A stretch of 64,000 bases of DNA from Candidatus Multivoradales bacterium. Its GTDB lineage: Bacteria; Acidobacteriota; Thermoanaerobaculia; Multivoradales; Multivoraceae. The translations under genes were made by a program, and so were the position numbers. Location of the stretch: positions 1,248,001 to 1,312,000 of the forward strand of contig CBDCWI010000002.1 in the NCBI GenBank assembly GCA_965223325.1. The letters run 5' to 3'. Under the pieces are notes generated by a model that saw only the letters and a program-made list of their open reading frames with translations, was not told the origin of the DNA and did not search any database. Below, piece after piece: positions 9,933 to 20,419 of this stretch (the stretch's first letter is position 1; every line of letters starts with the position of its first letter).

Positions 9933-11027
9933 CTACGGCTCGACGAGGATCTTGGCGTGCCGTTCGGCTGACTCGAGTTCCCTGAAGGCGTCTCGAACCC
10001 CATCGAGACCGACGGTGCCGGTAATCAGCTCGCGCGCTCCGATCCGGCCGGCGGCGAGGTCCTCGAGAGTCACTTTGAACTCGGCGGGGGTGCTGCCGAG
10101 TGTGAACTGCAGCGACAGCTCCTTGTTGATGCCATAGAGCGGCCTGAAGTGATCGGTCTGCATGCACACACCGACCACGACGATCCGTGCCGAGCGCGGC
10201 GCCTGGCGCATCAGCGAGTCGATCATGCCCGGTGTTCCCACGCATTCGAAGATCACCGCCGGTCGAAGCGCCGGCCCCGCGGGCATGAAGCTGAGCTCTG
10301 GCGGTGGGATGTGCGGCGGGACGCTCGCGGGATCGATCGACGCGGCCGCGGCCCAGGGTTCGATCGGGTCGCCCGCTGCCGGATCGACAACCACGTCTGC
10401 CCCCAGGAGAGCGGCGAGTTCCCGGCGACGTGGCGAAAAGTCCGCGGCGACGATTGGCTCGGCACCCGCCAGTCGCAGAGCGGCGATTACCGCCAGGCCT
10501 ACCGGACCGCAACCGACCACCAACGGTGTGTCACCGGGCTGAAGACGTGCCAGAGCAACGGCATGACGACCGACGGCCAGCGGTTCGGTCAACGCCGCGT
10601 ACTCGGTCGCCAGCCCGTTCGGCACCTCGACCAGAGTCTCTTCGCGCAGCACCATGTACTCACCGAAACCACCCGGCAGATCGTTGTGGTACCCGACGGT
10701 GGCCGCCTGGCCGTGACGCAGGCCGAGAGGAATGCCACACACCCGCGTTCCCGGCGAGAGCACTCTCTGACACCCCGGTCCGAAGTCGACGACCTCGGCG
10801 CAATACTCGTGCCCCATCACCACGTCGCGATCGAGGTCCATCCCGAACTCGGTCTCGCCGGCGGCCAACGACGCCTCCATCATTTCGCGACCATGAACGC
10901 GCGCATGCAGGTCTGAGCCGCAGATTCCACAGGCGAGGGTACGCACGACCACCTCGGCGTGCTCGGGCACCGGGTCTGGCACAAGGTCGACGACGATCTC
11001 GCCGGCGCGCAAGACGGCAGCCTTCAT
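9933..11027 (-). CDS. Zinc-binding alcohol dehydrogenase (MDR family)
   Basis: MKAAVL start; CGICGSDLH, GHEYC, GCGPVG motifs. The track's extension to 11234 overlaps the upstream gene. Confidence 0.9.
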   Translation of the reverse strand: MKAAVLRAGEIVVDLVPDPVPEHAEVVVRTLACGICGSDLHARVHGREMMEASLAAGETEFGMDLDRDVVMGHEYCAEVVDFGPGCQRVLSPGTRVCGIPLGLRHGQAATVGYHNDLPGGFGEYMVLREETLVEVPNGLATEYAALTEPLAVGRHAVALARLQPGDTPLVVGCGPVGLAVIAALRLAGAEPIVAADFSPRRRELAALLGADVVVDPAAGDPIEPWAAAASIDPASVPPHIPPPELSFMPAGPALRPAVIFECVGTPGMIDSLMRQAPRSARIVVVGVCMQTDHFRPLYGINKELSLQFTLGSTPAEFKVTLEDLAAGRIGARELITGTVGLDGVRDAFRELESAERHAKILVEP

Positions 11028-11049
11028 CTGTAGCGATCCTCTCCGCGCA

Positions 11050-12315
11050 TCAACGGCCGGCCTCGGCCGCGCCGAAGGTCGGCGACGGAACCTCGGCCTT
11101 CTCAACCGACGCCTCAACGACCGGCACCTGCTCGCGGGCGAGCGTCGGCATGACCTTCTTGCGCGCCAACGCAGCCTCGATGTAGGGCGCCAGTTCGGCC
11201 TCCTTCTTGGTAGCTCTCGCGGCCTCGCGCTCACGAAACTCGGGCATCACGTCGGAAGCGAACAGTTCCAACGACGAGCAGATGTGCTCGTGACGGTTGC
11301 GCCCCGCCTGTTGCAGACAGATCACCTGATCGACGCCCGCCTCTTCGAAGCCGCGCAGGTGGCGCCGCATGTCGGCTGGGGTTCCGATGGACGCTCGGTA
11401 GTCCTCTCCTAGAGCCTCTGCGGCCCGCACCAGTTCTTCGCTGCGGTCGCCGCGCTGGGCGATGAACTCGCCCCAGAGATCGGTGTGCCCTGGAATGGTG
11501 TCGCTGGCCACCAAAGCGTTGAGGGCAAAGCTGAAGAACTCGAAGCCCTCGGACCCACGCCGGATCGCCTCGGCGCGGTCTGGATGGAGCGAAAAACTCG
11601 ACACCATCGCCACGTTGGCATTGACGCGATGGCCGATCGGGCGGCACTGCTCGCTCTTGATGATGTCGTAGTAGATGCCCATCCAGGACATCGCCTCCTC
11701 GGGATCGAGAAACGAGAACGCCAGGGCACCGACGCCGAGACTCGCCGCGACCTTGATCGTGTCGCGGTTCGTACACGCCATCCACATCGGTGGGTGCGGT
11801 TTCTGCAATGGCTTCGGCAGGACGTTGCGACACGGCATCGAGAAGGCCTCGCCGTCGTAGCCTGGGTAAGGCTCCATCACCATCATGTTGGCGATCTGCT
11901 CGGCAGATTCGATCGCCAGGGCACGCTTCCGCTTGGTAGGAATGCCAAAACCACCGAGCTCGAGGCGGGTGGCTCCCTCCCCGATCCCGAAGTCCACCCG
12001 CCCGTTCGACACCAGATCGAGAGTTGCAATGCCCTCGGCGGTACGGGCTGGATGGTTGTAGTGCGGGATCACCTGGCGAATGCCATGACCGAGTCGAATG
12101 TTCTCAGTGCGTGCCGCAGCTGCCGCCAACAGCACCTCGGGGCTCGAACAGTGCGAGTACTCGTCGAGAAAGTGGTGCTCGACCGCCCAGGCGTAGTCGA
12201 AACCCAGGCGGTCGGCGAGCTCGACCTGCTCGAGGGCCTCCTGGAAGAGGCGGTGTTCGTCGCCCTCGTTCCATGGTCTGGGGAGTTGCTGCTCGTAGAA
12301 GATGCCGAACTTCAT
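11050..12315 (-). CDS. LLM class flavin-dependent oxidoreductase
   Basis: MKFGIFYEQQLPRPW..WAVEHHF..NHPARTAE..PKPLQKPHPPMW; ATG at 12315. Confidence 0.9.
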   Translation of the reverse strand: MKFGIFYEQQLPRPWNEGDEHRLFQEALEQVELADRLGFDYAWAVEHHFLDEYSHCSSPEVLLAAAAARTENIRLGHGIRQVIPHYNHPARTAEGIATLDLVSNGRVDFGIGEGATRLELGGFGIPTKRKRALAIESAEQIANMMVMEPYPGYDGEAFSMPCRNVLPKPLQKPHPPMWMACTNRDTIKVAASLGVGALAFSFLDPEEAMSWMGIYYDIIKSEQCRPIGHRVNANVAMVSSFSLHPDRAEAIRRGSEGFEFFSFALNALVASDTIPGHTDLWGEFIAQRGDRSEELVRAAEALGEDYRASIGTPADMRRHLRGFEEAGVDQVICLQQAGRNRHEHICSSLELFASDVMPEFREREAARATKKEAELAPYIEAALARKKVMPTLAREQVPVVEASVEKAEVPSPTFGAAEAGR

Positions 12316-12603
12316 CAGTTGATCCTCGAGAGAGATGGGGAGCGTAGTCGCTGGGAAACAAAGGAAAGCAGGCCGGACCCGCCGCCTCGACCACTGTACC
12401 GGCGCGACCCTACGCAATGCCTTCGGTGACTCGCGACGGGCCGCGGCCGGCGCCGTTGACCTGGGCCTGCCTGGTTGAGTCCTCGGACCAGCGTATCGCC
12501 CGCAGGGGCCCTGTGTTCTGCAGTGTTCCAGCGCTGGGGCTGTACTCTGCGGGCGCACACCCCTTGGACCTCGAACCGACCTCAACGACCCGAGAGACTT
12601 CTG

Positions 12604-13746
12604 ATGACCGAACTTCCTGCGCGCCAACTCCAACTGCAGTCGACGATCACCAAGGGCGGCGAGCTCCGCCTCGAGCTCGTCGAGGTTCCCACTCCCGAGC
12701 TCCGCGACCAGGACGTTCTGGTGCGGGTCGAGGCGAGCCCCATCAACCCCTCGGACCTCGGGCTCCTCTTCGGGGTTGCCGACATGTCGACCGCCCGCGC
12801 TACCGGCACCGATCAAAAACCTGAGATCACTGCCGACGTGCCGGAGAAGGTTCTCGGCGCGATGGCGGGCCGCCTTGACCAGGCGATGCCGGTGGGCAAC
12901 GAAGGCTGCGGCGTGGTCGTGGCTACCGGCTCGGATGAAGCGGCCCAGGCGCTCCTCGGCAAGACCGTGGCAATCCTCGGCGGCGCCATGTACTCCCAGT
13001 ACCGCGCCACCCCCGCCGCCGGTTGCCTGGTTCTTCCCGATGGAACCGACCCTGCGGCCGGTGCGTCGTGCTTCGTCAATCCGCTGACCGCCCTCGGCAT
13101 GGTCGAAACGATGCAACGTGAAGGGCACAGCGCGCTGGTGCACACTGCCGCAGCGTCGAACCTCGGCCAGATGCTCCAGAAAATCTGTCTCGCCGATGGA
13201 ATCGACCTGGTCAATATCGTCCGTCGCGAAGAACAAGCGCAGGTCTTGCGCGATCTCGGAGCGAAGCACGTCTGCGACTCGAGTGCCGAGACCTTTCGCT
13301 CCGACCTCGCCCGCGCGCTCGCTCAGTCGGGCGCCACCCTCGCCTTCGACGCCATCGGCGGCGGGCGCCTGGCCTCGGACATTCTGGCGGCGATGGAGGT
13401 CGCCGCGAGTCAGAACGCCGACACCTACAGCCGCTATGGATCGACCGTTCACAAGCAGGTCTACATCTACGGCGGCCTCGACCGCGGGCCAACGGAACTC
13501 CGCCGTGCCTACGGCATGGCCTGGGGCATCGGGGGCTGGCTGCTGCCGATCTTCCTCGACCGCGTCGGTCCCGAAGTCGGTGCGCGCATGCGGCAGCGGG
13601 TTGCCAACGAACTCCACACCACCTTCGCGAGCTCCTACGCACGCGAGATCTCACTCTTCGAGGCACTCGATCTCGACAACATCGCGATCTACGGCAAGCA
13701 GGCCACCGGCGAGAAGTTCCTGGTGCGTCCCAACAAGGGACTCTGA
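12604..13746 (+). CDS. MDR-family NAD(P)H oxidoreductase (enoyl-reductase-like)
   Basis: EASPINPSDLG, VGNEGCG, FVNPLTALGM, HTAAASNLGQML motifs. Confidence 0.88.
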   Translation: MTELPARQLQLQSTITKGGELRLELVEVPTPELRDQDVLVRVEASPINPSDLGLLFGVADMSTARATGTDQKPEITADVPEKVLGAMAGRLDQAMPVGNEGCGVVVATGSDEAAQALLGKTVAILGGAMYSQYRATPAAGCLVLPDGTDPAAGASCFVNPLTALGMVETMQREGHSALVHTAAASNLGQMLQKICLADGIDLVNIVRREEQAQVLRDLGAKHVCDSSAETFRSDLARALAQSGATLAFDAIGGGRLASDILAAMEVAASQNADTYSRYGSTVHKQVYIYGGLDRGPTELRRAYGMAWGIGGWLLPIFLDRVGPEVGARMRQRVANELHTTFASSYAREISLFEALDLDNIAIYGKQATGEKFLVRPNKGL

Positions 13747-13747
13747 A

Positions 13748-14545
13748 GTGGAACGGCTGAGCAACTACCAGACCCTCCAGTTCGAACGCTCTGACCGCGT
13801 CCTCACCATGACGCTTCAAGGTGCCCCACCGGTGAACGGCGTCACCGAACGCATGCACGAAGAGCTCGCGACGGTGTTCTTCGACCTGCAGCGTGACGAG
13901 GGAAGCGATCTGATCGTCATGACTGGCCAGGGGCGTGCCTTCTGTGCCGGCGCTGATATGGCGTTCTTCGAGCGCATGATCGACGACCCGAAGATCCTGC
14001 GCGACATGCTGCCCGACGCCAAGCGCATCATTCATGGCCTGATCGACCTCGAGAAACCCATCATCTGCCGCATGAACGGCGCCGCCGCAGGGTTGGGAGC
14101 CAGCCTTGCTCTCCTCTCTGACATCATCGTTGCCGACGAGACGTCGAAGATCGGTGATCCGCATGTCAAGGTCGGCCTGGTCGCCGGCGACGGCGGCGCA
14201 ATCATCTGGCCACAGCTCGTCGGCATGGCAAAGGCAAAGGAGCTCCTCCTGACCGGCGACATGATCACCGCCGGCGAGGCCGCCGACCTCGGGCTGATCA
14301 ACTACGCCGTCCCGGCACCGGAGCTCGACACCAAGGTCGAGGCTCTGGCGGCAAAGGTCCTCAGTAACCCCCGCTGGGCGGTGCGTTGGACCAAAACGGC
14401 GATGAACATCACCCTCCGCGACCTCGCCAACAAGATCAACGATGCGGCGATGGCCTACGAGCTGGTGAGCAACCTCACCGAAGACCGCAAAGAGGCGGTG
14501 CGCGCCTTCATCGAGAAGCGCGGGGCCCGGCTGACCGGCGAGTAG
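13748..14545 (+). CDS. Enoyl-CoA hydratase/isomerase family protein
   Basis: GRAFCAGAD, NGAAAGLG, DPHVKVGLVAGDGG motifs; GTG start 1 nt after the upstream stop. Confidence 0.9.
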   Translation: MERLSNYQTLQFERSDRVLTMTLQGAPPVNGVTERMHEELATVFFDLQRDEGSDLIVMTGQGRAFCAGADMAFFERMIDDPKILRDMLPDAKRIIHGLIDLEKPIICRMNGAAAGLGASLALLSDIIVADETSKIGDPHVKVGLVAGDGGAIIWPQLVGMAKAKELLLTGDMITAGEAADLGLINYAVPAPELDTKVEALAAKVLSNPRWAVRWTKTAMNITLRDLANKINDAAMAYELVSNLTEDRKEAVRAFIEKRGARLTGE

Positions 14546-14721
14546 CGGGCCCACACCCTGCGGGCGAGCCTTCCACGCATCGCAACAGGTGCATACTCCG
14601 CGGTGGCGACCCCGGAAACGTATGATTGAGGGGCCGGCTCGCGCAGTCGGTCCTGCCCGTTTCCGCATCCCCGCGGCCCCACCCCCTCCTCAGCCTGACT
14701 CCCAGAAGGGCCTTAGCCTCC

Positions 14722-15618
14722 TTGATTGTCTGCCAGGGACTCACCAAGACCTATCGCAACGGCCACCGCGCCCTGGCGCCCCTCGACCTGACCGTCGACC
14801 AGGGTGTCGTGGGTCTCTTGGGGCCCAACGGGGCCGGGAAGACGACTCTCCTTTCGATGCTGGTCCTGGCACTCGAACCGAGCGCCGGGACCCGGGAGTG
14901 GTTCGGCCTCGACGACCGGCCGGCGCACCACGCAACCATTCGACCCTGGATCGGCTTTCTGCCTCAGGAGATGGACCTGGTAGCCGGCCTGACCGGTCGC
15001 GAGGTCCTCTACTTCGCTGCCCGGCTGCGCCAGGTCGACTTGACGCGCCACCAACTCGACCGGCGCATCACCGGGCTGCTGGCGGCGGTCGGGCTCGAAC
15101 AAGACGGTAACCGTCGGGCCGATCACTACTCGGGCGGCATGCAACGACGACTCGGAACGGCCATGGCCCTCGTGCACCGGCCGCGCTTCCTGGTCGTCGA
15201 CGAACCCACCGCCGGCCTCGATCCTGAAGAACGGTTGCGCTTTCGCGCCCTGGTGACCGAGCTCGGAGACCGCATTCCAGTGCTCCTCTCGACACACATC
15301 GTCGAAGACATCGAGGCCACCTGTCCACGGCTGGTGATCCTCGAAGAAGGTCAGGCCATCTTCGACGATGGGCCGGGGGTGCTCTTCGAGGCAACGGCCG
15401 GCAAAGTCTGGCGCCTGCCACCCGACGCTGCCGACCGGCAAACCGACGCACCGGTCATCGGCCGTGCCAGTGACGGCGAACGGCCGTGCGACGTAGTGTG
15501 GAGCGCCGGACCGCCCGCCGGCTTCGCCGGCGACGAAGTGACATTGCTCGAGCCGAGCCTCGAACAGGCCTATGCGGCCTGGCTCGCCGCCAGCAACGCC
15601 CGGAAGGTGGCGGCATGA
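14722..15618 (+). CDS. ABC transporter ATP-binding protein (ABC-2/DrrA-like; start uncertain)
   Basis: Walker A GPNGAGKTT, signature YSGGM, Walker B VVDE, H-loop STH. Confidence 0.92.
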   Translation: MIVCQGLTKTYRNGHRALAPLDLTVDQGVVGLLGPNGAGKTTLLSMLVLALEPSAGTREWFGLDDRPAHHATIRPWIGFLPQEMDLVAGLTGREVLYFAARLRQVDLTRHQLDRRITGLLAAVGLEQDGNRRADHYSGGMQRRLGTAMALVHRPRFLVVDEPTAGLDPEERLRFRALVTELGDRIPVLLSTHIVEDIEATCPRLVILEEGQAIFDDGPGVLFEATAGKVWRLPPDAADRQTDAPVIGRASDGERPCDVVWSAGPPAGFAGDEVTLLEPSLEQAYAAWLAASNARKVAA

Positions 15619-18407
15619 ACAGCCATCGCTCCAGCCCTTCAATGCTGTGGCCCCTCTTGCGGCTCGAGTGGCTCCTGCAGCTCCGTTCGCTGCGCTTTCG
15701 CTTTGCGGTCGCGCTCTCTCTCGCCCTGGCGGCTTTCCCGCCGCTCCTCCTCCACCTGAACCTGGCAGAGCAGCGCTGGCAGTTCGGACCGACGAGCTTT
15801 CTCACCGAGACCCAGGCGCTTCTGCCACTGCTTTCGGTTCTGTTGACCGTCGCAATCGTCGGCAACACCGCCCGCCGCCCCGGCATGACGCAACTCTTGA
15901 TCTCTTCGCCGATTTCAGTCGCGGGCTACTCGCTGACCAGGCTGTTGGCGCAAATCGCCACCGTCCTGCCGCTCACGTTGCTGGCTCTTCTCCCGGCGCT
16001 CGGCCTGGGCATTTGGCATTTCGGTACCGGCGACCTACCGCTGCGCACGGCTCTCTTGCTGTGGCTCTTGGAGATCGCACCACGTGTTCTGATCGTTGCG
16101 TCTGCCTGGCTGGGCCTGGTTCTCCTGGTGCAGAGTGAGGTGGCGGCCTTCTTCCTCGCCTGGCTCGGTGGGCTGACGGGCGAGGCGCTCCTCGACCGGC
16201 TGACCTTCCCGCTCGGCGTTCGCCTCAGCGAGTCAACGAGCTGGATCGGCATTCAGGAGTTCGGCCAGTGGGTGACAGTCCACTTCTTCATGAACGACAA
16301 CGAGCGGGCATGGCTCACGTTGCCGGCCACCGAGGCCCCGATCGTGCTCGACGCGGCCACCGCCGAGAGCCTGCTGCCCCTCCTCTTGCCACTCGCGGGG
16401 GCGCTCTTGGCTCTCTTGATCGGCATGAGCCGCATGGGTCGAACGACGCCCGACACGGGAGTGCGCCCGATTCCGCCGGATCATCCATTGCGCACCTTTC
16501 TTCAGCGGGCGCGCGACGTCCGCGACGCGATGCGCGCCGACGCCGGGCAGACGACCCGCGATCGCGCCCTTCGTTGGTCCGCTGCGGCCCTGGCCATCGT
16601 GATCGTCTCGATCGCGGTCCTGCGCGCCCGCGCGGTGGTCGATGCCGCAAACCGTCGCTACAACGCCATGGTTGCACCCGCGATCACCGCGACCGACTCC
16701 GCGGCTCGCATCGAGAGGTGGTCCGTCGTCGGCAGCCTTGGACCCCGCGGCCAGCTTTCTACGACGACCACCGGCGTCGTCACCAACACCGGCAATCGAG
16801 CTCTCTTAGCCCTGGGGTTCGAGCTCACCGACGGCGTCCGGGTCGACGCGGTCACGGCGACGGTCGCCGGCCAGACGCGCACAATCACCAAAGAGCGCCA
16901 GTTCGACCGCTTGGGTCTGCTCCTCGAACCCGCCCTCGATCCCGGCGCTACGCTCGAGCTCGAGGTCAAGACTTCGGGCCGGCCGCGCCATCTTGTCCTT
17001 CCGATTCGTGGATCTCTGGCGATCCGTTGGAAGCGCCATCTCGAGGCACGCTTTCCCCGCCATCTCGTCGCCGCCGGGAGCGCTCGTTTTGGCTCGGGGA
17101 TGAGTCCCGAAAGAACCGAACTCGGTCTTTCCGACCTGTCTCCACAGCCTCGCTTCACGACCTGGGAACTCACCCCTCCACCCGAGTTTCCCGGCGGACC
17201 CGGCCGGACCGTTCCGCCAGAGGAGGGACCGAGAGAGGTCGATCTGCGCTTCGATCTCGAGGTGCCAGACACCTGGACGCTCGTCGACTCGTGCGGGCAG
17301 GTGGCAAACGCCGGCCGGCTCCGATCGAGCTGCCGACAGCAGCCTGCGACCTGGCAGCTGGTGGGTGGCCGCGACTATGAACTCCACTCCTCCGCGGACG
17401 GGCAAGTCAAAGCGGCGCTCCTCGCTCCGCATGCGGAAGGTGCAGGTACTGTCTTGTCTGCCATGTCGCGGGTGGCTGAACTGTCGCGCGAAGGAAGAGG
17501 TGGCTTCGCTCCGATCGAGCGCATCACCCTCTGGGAGTACACGCCTCCCTTCGGCGCGCATCCCCAAACGGCACTAGCCGGCTTCCTCAGAAACCGTGAC
17601 GACAAGCCGATCATCAAGGGTCGACTGGTGTGGTTGCCCGAAGCATCGATCCTTCGTCCAGAGCCAATTGCCGCCGAAGCGCTCGCCGCGGCGATCCTCA
17701 TACAGGACGTCGAACTGCCCGAAGCCGCCACCGAAGCGGACGGCCGGGCACTGCGGGCTCTGCTTCGCACCTGGGTCCTCGAGCGCCTGGGCGTCGAACG
17801 GGAGAGTGCGGTGGTGTTCGCCAGCGGCTGGCAGTCCTGGAGCCTCTATCAACCGATGCTCGGAGCTGACCCCTACGACGGCCACTACTGGGGGCAACGC
17901 GTCCCAGCGCTTCTGGTTGACCTCAAGCACCGGGTCGGCGGCGCTGCACTCGACCGGGCCTTTAGGACCACTCTCCTCGAGCCGGAAGCCGCCGCTGCAC
18001 TCCCGGGCCCGGTGAGCGTACGCGGTTTGATCGAAGCGATCGCGCGCGAGTCGGGCAAAGACCTGTCGCAGTACTACGCCGACTACATCGCCCGCGGGCA
18101 CCTGCCGAGACTCATTCTGGCGAACGTCACCTCACGCCCCGAACGCGGTGTCTGGCGGGTCGAAGGCCAGCTGCGCAACGAGGGCCGTGGGCAGTCCGAG
18201 TGCCCCATCGTCGTGCAGACAGTGGCTGGCCCTGCGAGCATCAGAGTCACCGTCGACGGGTCCAGCCAGACGTCCTTCGAACTCGAGACCGATGGGCGCC
18301 CGCACACCGTCGTCGTGGACCCTGAAGAAACCTGTCTGCGTTTTCGCGCCTGGCGGCAACGTCGTCAGGAACGAGCTGACCTGGTCGGCGGAGATGAGGG
18401 CACATGA
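15615..18407 (+). CDS. ABC-2-type permease fused to a large extracytoplasmic, M1-aminopeptidase-like domain lacking HExxH
   Basis: About 7 N-terminal TM helices, then a beta-rich region. C-terminal LLVDLKHRVGGAAL..ESGKDLSQYYADYI..LP..VVVDPE resembles M1 C-terminal motifs. Overlaps the ATPase stop. Confidence 0.65.
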   Translation: MNSHRSSPSMLWPLLRLEWLLQLRSLRFRFAVALSLALAAFPPLLLHLNLAEQRWQFGPTSFLTETQALLPLLSVLLTVAIVGNTARRPGMTQLLISSPISVAGYSLTRLLAQIATVLPLTLLALLPALGLGIWHFGTGDLPLRTALLLWLLEIAPRVLIVASAWLGLVLLVQSEVAAFFLAWLGGLTGEALLDRLTFPLGVRLSESTSWIGIQEFGQWVTVHFFMNDNERAWLTLPATEAPIVLDAATAESLLPLLLPLAGALLALLIGMSRMGRTTPDTGVRPIPPDHPLRTFLQRARDVRDAMRADAGQTTRDRALRWSAAALAIVIVSIAVLRARAVVDAANRRYNAMVAPAITATDSAARIERWSVVGSLGPRGQLSTTTTGVVTNTGNRALLALGFELTDGVRVDAVTATVAGQTRTITKERQFDRLGLLLEPALDPGATLELEVKTSGRPRHLVLPIRGSLAIRWKRHLEARFPRHLVAAGSARFGSGMSPERTELGLSDLSPQPRFTTWELTPPPEFPGGPGRTVPPEEGPREVDLRFDLEVPDTWTLVDSCGQVANAGRLRSSCRQQPATWQLVGGRDYELHSSADGQVKAALLAPHAEGAGTVLSAMSRVAELSREGRGGFAPIERITLWEYTPPFGAHPQTALAGFLRNRDDKPIIKGRLVWLPEASILRPEPIAAEALAAAILIQDVELPEAATEADGRALRALLRTWVLERLGVERESAVVFASGWQSWSLYQPMLGADPYDGHYWGQRVPALLVDLKHRVGGAALDRAFRTTLLEPEAAAALPGPVSVRGLIEAIARESGKDLSQYYADYIARGHLPRLILANVTSRPERGVWRVEGQLRNEGRGQSECPIVVQTVAGPASIRVTVDGSSQTSFELETDGRPHTVVVDPEETCLRFRAWRQRRQERADLVGGDEGT

Positions 18408-19147
18408 GTCGGCAAGCCCGGAGCTCTCTCGGCAGCGTGCCGACGAGAGTGCAGGCCGTTCTCTGGCGCGCCTGGTACGACGTCGACCTCCTCCTCGGCC
18501 GACGCATCTGGCTGCTGCTCCTGGTCGACGGCATGCTGATCCTCTCCGGAATCCAGACCGCCGTCGACGCCGACGGCGACCAGCAAGCCTGGGTTCTGTA
18601 CCGCCAGACCGTGCTCATTCCCGCTTTCGTTCTCATGCTGCCCGCCCTTTCGGCGGTGCTTGCCCTCGAACGGCGGGCGGGGTCTTTAGAACTGGCTCTC
18701 TCCTCGGTCTCGGTAACGCGCTACGTCGCCCGTCGCGTGTGGCCTCTACCTGTGTTCTTTATCGTGCAGTCGCTTTTGGTGATCCCTTTCCTCCCCCACC
18801 CGCGCCGCGCCTGGCTCCTGCTCGTCGCCCTGCACGCGATCGCCGTCATTCTCAGCCTGGTGGCGGTGGTGGTCTTTTGGATCGTACGCATCGAGACTGC
18901 GGGAGGCGTGCTGGTCGCGGCGCTGGCGAGCTCGATCGCGCTCTCGACATTCGTCTTCAGGAGCCCGTTTCCACCGCGCACCGTCTTGACATTCGACCGA
19001 CTGCGACTGCCCCTACTCGAGAACGTCTCGACGCACCTGGTTGAGACTTTGTGGGGAATCGTCGTGCTTCTCGCGACCAGCCTGGTCTTGTTGATCGCTG
19101 CACGGTGGCGACTCCGACGACCGCATCGCCTGGCAGGCCATCACTGA
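18404..19147 (+). CDS. ABC-2-type membrane permease
   Basis: About 6 TM helices with an ERRAGSLEL coupling-type motif; ATGA overlap with the upstream gene. Confidence 0.72.
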   Translation: MSRQARSSLGSVPTRVQAVLWRAWYDVDLLLGRRIWLLLLVDGMLILSGIQTAVDADGDQQAWVLYRQTVLIPAFVLMLPALSAVLALERRAGSLELALSSVSVTRYVARRVWPLPVFFIVQSLLVIPFLPHPRRAWLLLVALHAIAVILSLVAVVVFWIVRIETAGGVLVAALASSIALSTFVFRSPFPPRTVLTFDRLRLPLLENVSTHLVETLWGIVVLLATSLVLLIAARWRLRRPHRLAGHH

Positions 19148-19207
19148 TCGACGGGCCCTCCCCTGCCCCATGGACTCTTCCTACCCGCTAACACCGAGAA
19201 CCCGAAC

Positions 19208-20419
19208 ATGAACCACCTTCAACGACCGCAACAGCGGGCTGCCCCCATCGGGGCGACCGGACTGGTTTGCGTTCTCTGCCTCACCGCGTGCGTAACGCCC
19301 GAGTCCCCACCGGTCGAACCGACAGCGGTCGCCGTGACCTCGGAAGTGGTGGCCAGGAAGCCGTTTCGCGCCGCCATTGACCTACTCGGTGAAGTCGAGG
19401 CTCACTCGCTCACACCCATCACCGCACCCATCGCCGGCGAGCTCGAACTGGCCGCGCGCTTTCGCAACGGGTTCGAAACGGGAGCCAGCGTCCGGCGCGG
19501 TGAGGTGCTGGCAACCATCTCCAACCTCGACCTACGCCTGGAGGTCGACCGCGCCACACTCGAAGTGTCCACCAAGGACGCCGAACTCGAACGGACCCAA
19601 GCTGGCGTTGATGCAGGAGTCGTGCGCGACGTCGATTTGGAGCGGGCGCGAGACGAGGCGAAGATCGCCCACGCGCAGCTCGAGGCTGCGCGAGCACGTC
19701 TAGAACGTCGTATCGTGCGCTCGCCGAGAACCGGATGGCTGCGGGTCGCCGAAACGATCCACTCGGCAACTGAAGTCTCGGCCGGGCAGGTCTTGGCAAG
19801 CGTCGCGGAAGGTGGACCCCAGCGCATCGTCGCGTGGGCCAGTGCCTCGGACCTGCCGCGTCTTCGCTCGGCGCTCGACGACCCCTCGACCGTTGTCGAG
19901 GCTCGGCTTCCAGGCCGAATCGAGCCGATCGCCAGCGGGCGGTTGGTCGAAGTCGCCCGCGACCTCGACCAGCACGGCGCGGCGCGGATCGGCGCAGTAG
20001 CCCTCGAGTCCTACCTGCTTCCGCCAGCCGGTCAGGGGCTCGAAGTGCGGGTCCTCATCGGCGAGGCCGAAGACAGCCTCACGGTGCCCGAAGACGCCCT
20101 GGTCAAACGCTCGGGCATCTCCTCGGTCTGGGTCCTCGAAACCACGGGCGATCACTTCCGGGCGAACCATCGCATCGTCACCCTCGGCGGCCAGAACGAC
20201 GGCACCTGGCAGGTCGTCGACGGGCTGGCCGAAGGCGAGCGCATTGCTGTGCGTGGGGTGGAGTTGCTCAGCGACGGTGGACTCGCCATTCGCGACGACC
20301 GTCGGCGGACGGCCTCGGGTCGCTGGGTGAGCAGCGACGACTCACCGCCGGAATCCGCGCGCACAGGCCAGGACGAAAGTGAACCCGGCGACCAGGAGCA
20401 GGAGACGGCCGACCCTTGA
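19208..20419 (+). CDS. RND efflux periplasmic adaptor (MFP) lipoprotein
   Basis: Lipobox LTAC; lipoyl-like G.SVRRGEVLA, alpha-hairpin, IVRSP..G, LTVPEDAL, GLAEGERI. Confidence 0.88.
   Translation: MNHLQRPQQRAAPIGATGLVCVLCLTACVTPESPPVEPTAVAVTSEVVARKPFRAAIDLLGEVEAHSLTPITAPIAGELELAARFRNGFETGASVRRGEVLATISNLDLRLEVDRATLEVSTKDAELERTQAGVDAGVVRDVDLERARDEAKIAHAQLEAARARLERRIVRSPRTGWLRVAETIHSATEVSAGQVLASVAEGGPQRIVAWASASDLPRLRSALDDPSTVVEARLPGRIEPIASGRLVEVARDLDQHGAARIGAVALESYLLPPAGQGLEVRVLIGEAEDSLTVPEDALVKRSGISSVWVLETTGDHFRANHRIVTLGGQNDGTWQVVDGLAEGERIAVRGVELLSDGGLAIRDDRRRTASGRWVSSDDSPPESARTGQDESEPGDQEQETADP

Noticed and set aside
11050-13617. 855-aa ORF suggesting an LLM fusion protein
   Set aside because: The N-terminal half is the antisense shadow of the plus-strand MDR gene. 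The real start is the ATG at 12315.
13118-13747. N-terminal extension of the enoyl-CoA hydratase
   Set aside because: It overlaps the upstream gene in another frame and has low-complexity Arg/Ser/Pro composition.
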